Part shown: piece after piece, positions 59,378 to 64,000 of the stretch
How the letters are laid out: the number at the start of each line of letters is the position of its first letter
Numbering within the stretch: position 1 is the first letter of the stretch
NCBI GenBank assembly: GCA_963743815.1
Contig: CAVURB010000002.1
Coordinates: forward strand, 9,008 to 73,007
Direction: 5' to 3'
From: an uncultured Chloroflexia bacterium
GTDB lineage: Bacteria; Chloroflexota; Limnocylindria; Limnocylindrales; CSP1-4
Length of the DNA: 64,000 nucleotides
Notes under the pieces: model-generated
The model's database searches: none
The model's input: the letters and a program-made list of their open reading frames with translations, nothing else
What the model was told of the DNA's origin: nothing
Made by a program: the position numbers and the translations under genes

Positions 59378-62300
59378 GTGACTGGCCCCGCATCCGGCGG
59401 GCTTGAGCGAGGCACGGGAGCGCCAACGCGGTCGACCGGGACACAGGGAGCCGTCAGCGCGATCCTGATCGTCCTCGCGCTCGGGCTCGCCCTCCGCGTC
59501 ATCATCGCATACCTGCTCCCGGGCTCCGGTTTCGACACGGACCTGTCGAGCTTCCGCGCGTGGGCGGCCAACCTGTTCGACGAGGGGCTCTACGGCTTCT
59601 ACGATCGGGACTTCTTCCACGACTACACGCCCGGCTATCTGTACGTCCTGTGGCTCGTCGGGGCCGTCGGCAGCGTGTTCGGCGGCGTCGGTGACCTCAT
59701 CAAGATCCCGCCGATCCTGGCGGACCTCGGCATCGCCTGGCTCGCCTGGTCGATGGTTCGTGAACTCGGCGGCCGCGATCGACTGGCTCTGCTGGCGGCG
59801 GCCGTGGTGGTGGTCAACCCGGTCTTCTGGTTCGACAGCGTGGTCTGGGGCCAGGTCGACTCGTTCGGCGTCCTGTTCCTGCTGCTGGCCCTGCGCGAGC
59901 TGTGGCGCGACCACCCCGAGCGAGCCGCGATCCTCACCGTGGTCGCTGCGCTGATCAAGCCGCAGCTGGGGATCCTGATCCCGCTCGTAGCCGTGGTCAC
60001 CATCCGTCGCGCCCTGTGGCCGATCGAGGCTCCCGCCGCGGGCGCCGGTGACGGTCGTGGCCTGCGCCACCGGTTGCGCGCCTGGGAGGCACGCACCGGG
60101 TCACCACTCCGGATCCTGACGACCGGCGCCGCCGGTTACCTGACCGCCGTCATCCTCTGCCTGCCCTTCGGGTTGAGCGTGCTCGTGCCGCAAGCCGAAC
60201 CACCGTTCTTCACCTCCGGGCTCATCGAGCAGATCGTGCTGGCCGGTGGCGGCTATCCGTATCTGACGGTCAACGCCTACAACGCCTGGGCACTCGTTCC
60301 CGGCGACCTCGGCAACAGCCTGGCCAACAGCGGGCTGTGGATGTGCGATTCGCTGATGGTGGAGGCCTCGCGCTGCACGTCGGGGACAGCGACCTTCGGG
60401 CCGATCCCGGCGGTCGCCGTCGGGGCGGGACTCCTGGTGGCGACGATCGTGGGCGTCCTCGTGGTGGCGGCGCGTCGCCCGGACAAGCTGACGCTGCTCG
60501 TCGCCATGTCCGTCCTTGCCATCGCGTTCTTCGCTGCGCCGACCCGCGTCCACGAACGGTATGGGTTCCCGTTCTTCGCCCTGGCCGCGATCCTCTTCGC
60601 GATCTCGTTCCGCTGGCGCATCGCCTACGTGGTCATGAGCGTGGCGACGTTCCTCAACATGTACGTGGTCCTGACCACGCTCTATCCGCCCCGGGATCCG
60701 ACGGTCAATCCCGTCGTGGACTGGCTGGGCATCGGGGAAGCCGTCCGGTCGCCGGCCGGGGTCGTGGCGGTCGCGATCATGCACACCGCGGTCTTCATCT
60801 GGGCGCTGTGGCAGCTGCGCGCCAGCGGCCGCGAACGGCTCGCGGCGGACCTGGTCGATGCCGGCCCGTTGCCGGAGTCCGTTGCCGTCGATCGGGGGCC
60901 CAGCGGGTCGCTGGACCGTCCGATCGTGGACCCGCTCGCACCCCAGGCCGAATGGATAGCCGCGAGCGGCGGTTCGGCCGACGCCGCCCCGACGGTCGCC
61001 GCCGCGGCGGTCGTCTATCCGACCTGGCAGGGACCGCGGTCCTTCAGCGAGGCCGGGTTCACCGGCTGGTTCCGCGACCGGCTCTCCCAGCGACCTGCCC
61101 GCGCCGACCGCAGCGCGGCGATCGCCCGGGAGGGTGGCGGACGCCTGGACGGCCTGGACGCCTGGTTCCTCGTCGTGCTCGTGCTGGCGACGCTCGGTAT
61201 GCGCACGTTCCGCCTGGCCGAGCCCTATCAGATGCACTTCGATGAGGTCTACCACGCACGGACCGCGGCCGAGTTCCTGCAGGGCTGGCGCTACGGCCTG
61301 GACCACGACATCTACGAGTGGACGCACCCCCACCTGGCCAAGTACGCGATGGCCGGTGGCATCGCGCTATGGGGCGAGGATGACGTCCGCGCCACCAGCG
61401 CACTCGGGACGCCGGTCCGCGCGGCAGCCATCGAGCATCGTCGTGAGGACGCCGTGAACGGCGAACGCGCCGGTGAGCGTGTCCACGTGGCGACGGGGAC
61501 GGAGATCCGGACGTACGACCTGCGCTCGCGCGAGCTCATCGATGCCATTCCGGCGGCGGGGGCGAGTGCGGTCGCGGTCGATCCGACGACCGACCTGCTC
61601 ATCGTCGGATCCGACGATGGCGGGGTTTCGACGATCGACCTCACCTCGATCGGCCTCGAGGAGGGGTTGGCGCCGCTCGACGTCGGGCGGGTCAACCACG
61701 CGGTCATGCACCTGCTCGTGACCGACGATGGCACGACGATCATCGCCGCGTCGGACGCGCGCCTGACGGCCCTCGATGCCGCCGAGGGGACGGTACTCGG
61801 GACCGCTGAGCTGCCCGGGATCGCCGATCTCGGGCCGGCCGGGACCGGCGACGCCCTGGTGGCCGTCCCGGCCGCCATCGATGACACCACGGCCATCGCC
61901 TCGACGCTGGCGGAGCTCCTCGACGGCGACGCCGGCGAGTATCAGGCGCTGCTCGACGGTGCGACGGACCCGGACGGCCAGGTCGTGCTGGGCAGCCCGG
62001 GCAGCGGCGAGGAGCGGACCGCCGTTGACGAGGCGATCACGGATGGCCGGCTTGCCGGCGTGGAGGTGGTGGAACTGCCGCGCGTGGCCGTCGCGACCGA
62101 GGACGGCGTCGCCTTCATCGATCCGGCCACGGCCGGGGTCTCGAGCGAGATCGCGATGATCGGCGGGGCGCACGGACTGGCGTTGGTCACAGGCATCGAC
62201 GACCCGAAGCTCTACGTGAGCAGCGGCCCGTCCGACGACCCCGGCTACGACGTGATCTCCGTGGGCGGGGAGAAGGCCGATGACGGACCGGTCAGCGATG

Positions 62301-64000
62301 GACGGCACCCGCTTCCTGCGCCCGGCACGCGCGTCGCGTACGACGAGGCGACCCAGCAGGTCCACATCCTTGGCCTCACGCCGGACGCGACCGGGTCCGA
62401 CACCGACGACTGGACGGTCTACGTCGTCGAACCGCATGGCAACGCCGTGTTTGCCGACGCGGCCCTCCCCGACGGCATGGTCCCGGCCGCGTGGGTCATG
62501 GATGTCGAGCCGGCGTACGTGAGCGACGATCGGCAGGAGCTGCTCGTCTTCGGCGACGACGGCGCGACGGCATCGATCGCCCTGGGGTCGCACGCATTCG
62601 CCTGGCGCCTGCCGGGCGTGATCGCCGGTGCGCTGATGGCCGCGTGCCTGTACCTGCTGACGCGGATCCTGTTCCGACGCCGGCTCGTCGCGGGGCTCGT
62701 CGCGGCCTTCGTCGTGCTCGACGGGATGCTGTTCGTGCAATCGCGGATCGGGATGAACGACGTGTACGTCGGCTTGTTCATCATGGCCGCATACACGGTA
62801 TTCGCCGCGGTCTGGACGGGTTGGTGGCGAGGCCGGGTTGCCTTCTGGATATCCATGCCCGTCATCGGCCTCCTCATGGGCCTGGCCCTCGCCTCGAAGT
62901 GGGTGGCCGCCTACGCGATCGGGGCCCTCGTGCTGCTCCTGCTCGTCCGCAGTGCCCTGGGGCGGGTGATGGCCATCCTGGGGCTCATCGCGATCACGAG
63001 CGTCCTCGGGTACATCGCGCTCGCCGTGCCCGAGGGCCAGGGCATCGGGAACGTCACGTTCCTGGCGATCATGGTCGCGCTCACGCTGCTCGCCGTGGTC
63101 GTGGCGGTCTATCACCCCGTGGCCTGGACCGACGAGGAGCAGTGGCTCGCCCTGCTGGCGCCGGCGGCGGCCGGGGTCGCCGTCTTCTTCGGCGCGCTGG
63201 GGCTGGGTCTTCTCGAGACGACGATCACGGTGGGCTCGCTGGCCGTGACGCCGTTCCTGGTGGCCTTGCTGCTTGCGTCGGGCTCCGTCGTGGTCGCGAT
63301 CGCCTTCTGGGTGGGTGGGCGGCTCGGGTATGGCCCGCTCGCGACGCCACCCGGCCCCGACGATCCGCGGAGCATCCTCGAGGCGCCCGCGACGCCGCCA
63401 TCGGGCTGGCTCCGCCCCGGCTGGTCGTTCGGCCTGCCCCTGGTCTGGGCGACGATCTCCCTCGTGGCGATCCCGCTGGTCGTGTACGTGATCTCGTACA
63501 TCCCGTGGGCGATGATCGACGGCCACCAGCTGTGGACCGGCGTCCCCGCCGGACACGATGGGCAGACCCTGCTCGAGCTGACGGCGCAGATGTACGGCTA
63601 CCACAACGGGCTCACCGCCCCGCACCCGGCTTCGTCGCCCTGGTGGGCCTGGCCGTTCGACCTCAAGCCGGTCTGGTTCTACCAGGACTCGTTCGCCGGC
63701 GGGACCACCGCCGCGATCTACGACGCGGGCAACCTCGTCATCTGGTGGCTCGGCGTCCCGGCGATGGTGTTCGTCTCGATCATGGCCTTCCGCCGGCGCA
63801 GCCTCGCCCTGGCGCTGATCGCCATCGGGTTCGCCGCGCAGTGGATCCCCTGGGCGCGGATCGATCGGGCGGCGTTCCAGTACCACTACTACACGGCGCT
63901 GCCGTTCGTGATCATGGCGCTCGCCTACTTCGTGGCGGAACTGTGGAACGGCGCGACGCGGCGGACGTGGATGTGGGCGCGGATCGTCGCGGGCGTCGCG
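59378..64000 (+). CDS. Giant double GT-C protein: GT87/ALG6-like domain + PMT/GT39 protein O-mannosyltransferase with an inserted beta-propeller; runs off the window end
   Basis: Frame read in phase at sampled points from GTG 59378 (CAGGAG SD) to the window end; DTDLSSFRAW, DYTPGY, WGQVDS, KPQ, HERY; then FDEVYH, HPHLAKY, SRIGMND, SKW, HPASSPWWAWP. Confidence 0.85.
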   Translation, partial: MTGPASGGLERGTGAPTRSTGTQGAVSAILIVLALGLALRVIIAYLLPGSGFDTDLSSFRAWAANLFDEGLYGFYDRDFFHDYTPGYLYVLWLVGAVGSVFGGVGDLIKIPPILADLGIAWLAWSMVRELGGRDRLALLAAAVVVVNPVFWFDSVVWGQVDSFGVLFLLLALRELWRDHPERAAILTVVAALIKPQLGILIPLVAVVTIRRALWPIEAPAAGAGDGRGLRHRLRAWEARTGSPLRILTTGAAGYLTAVILCLPFGLSVLVPQAEPPFFTSGLIEQIVLAGGGYPYLTVNAYNAWALVPGDLGNSLANSGLWMCDSLMVEASRCTSGTATFGPIPAVAVGAGLLVATIVGVLVVAARRPDKLTLLVAMSVLAIAFFAAPTRVHERYGFPFFALAAILFAISFRWRIAYVVMSVATFLNMYVVLTTLYPPRDPTVNPVVDWLGIGEAVRSPAGVVAVAIMHTAVFIWALWQLRASGRERLAADLVDAGPLPESVAVDRGPSGSLDRPIVDPLAPQAEWIAASGGSADAAPTVAAAAVVYPTWQGPRSFSEAGFTGWFRDRLSQRPARADRSAAIAREGGGRLDGLDAWFLVVLVLATLGMRTFRLAEPYQMHFDEVYHARTAAEFLQGWRYGLDHDIYEWTHPHLAKYAMAGGIALWGEDDVRATSALGTPVRAAAIEHRREDAVNGERAGERVHVATGTEIRTYDLRSRELIDAIPAAGASAVAVDPTTDLLIVGSDDGGVSTIDLTSIGLEEGLAPLDVGRVNHAVMHLLVTDDGTTIIAASDARLTALDAAEGTVLGTAELPGIADLGPAGTGDALVAVPAAIDDTTAIASTLAELLDGDAGEYQALLDGATDPDGQVVLGSPGSGEERTAVDEAITDGRLAGVEVVELPRVAVATEDGVAFIDPATAGVSSEIAMIGGAHGLALVTGIDDPKLYVSSGPSDDPGYDVISVGGEKADDGPVSDGRHPLPAPGTRVAYDEATQQVHILGLTPDATGSDTDDWTVYVVEPHGNAVFADAALPDGMVPAAWVMDVEPAYVSDDRQELLVFGDDGATASIALGSHAFAWRLPGVIAGALMAACLYLLTRILFRRRLVAGLVAAFVVLDGMLFVQSRIGMNDVYVGLFIMAAYTVFAAVWTGWWRGRVAFWISMPVIGLLMGLALASKWVAAYAIGALVLLLLVRSALGRVMAILGLIAITSVLGYIALAVPEGQGIGNVTFLAIMVALTLLAVVVAVYHPVAWTDEEQWLALLAPAAAGVAVFFGALGLGLLETTITVGSLAVTPFLVALLLASGSVVVAIAFWVGGRLGYGPLATPPGPDDPRSILEAPATPPSGWLRPGWSFGLPLVWATISLVAIPLVVYVISYIPWAMIDGHQLWTGVPAGHDGQTLLELTAQMYGYHNGLTAPHPASSPWWAWPFDLKPVWFYQDSFAGGTTAAIYDAGNLVIWWLGVPAMVFVSIMAFRRRSLALALIAIGFAAQWIPWARIDRAAFQYHYYTALPFVIMALAYFVAELWNGATRRTWMWARIVAGVA

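Overview
A 64-kb, very GC-rich bacterial chromosome segment that contains the replication origin. It includes rpmH-dnaA-oriC-dnaN-recF-dciA, yidC/jag, parS-parAB, gyrB/gyrA, secA-prfB-ftsEX-ctp-smpB-ssrA, mreD-mrdA-rodA and rplU-rpmA-rpmE-prfA. Protein style and gene order suggest Chloroflexota (possibly Limnocylindria-like); this is an inference only. Many conserved genes carry single-base frameshifts that look like uncorrected long-read indels, and only the prfB CTT-TGA-C shift has the signature of a programmed one. I found no rRNA, tRNA, CRISPR array or mobile element. The most interesting unexplained elements are: (1) a urease-like operon with intact metal ligands, a remodelled substrate pocket and no adjacent maturation genes; (2) a glycosylation locus with four GT-C domains, including a >1540-aa double glycosyltransferase with a beta-propeller inserted in its PMT loop; (3) a 74-aa protein with twin CX3CX2C motifs abutting prfB; (4) a structured ncRNA candidate upstream of secA; (5) a 16-codon ORF with a 13-nt perfect Shine-Dalgarno and its own promoter and hairpin upstream of smpB; (6) an oriC with GC-shifted DnaA boxes and a non-canonical trio repeat; (7) a PP2C-pseudophosphatase/rhomboid/DUF151 cluster. 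All family assignments come from motif recognition by eye, with no database searches.
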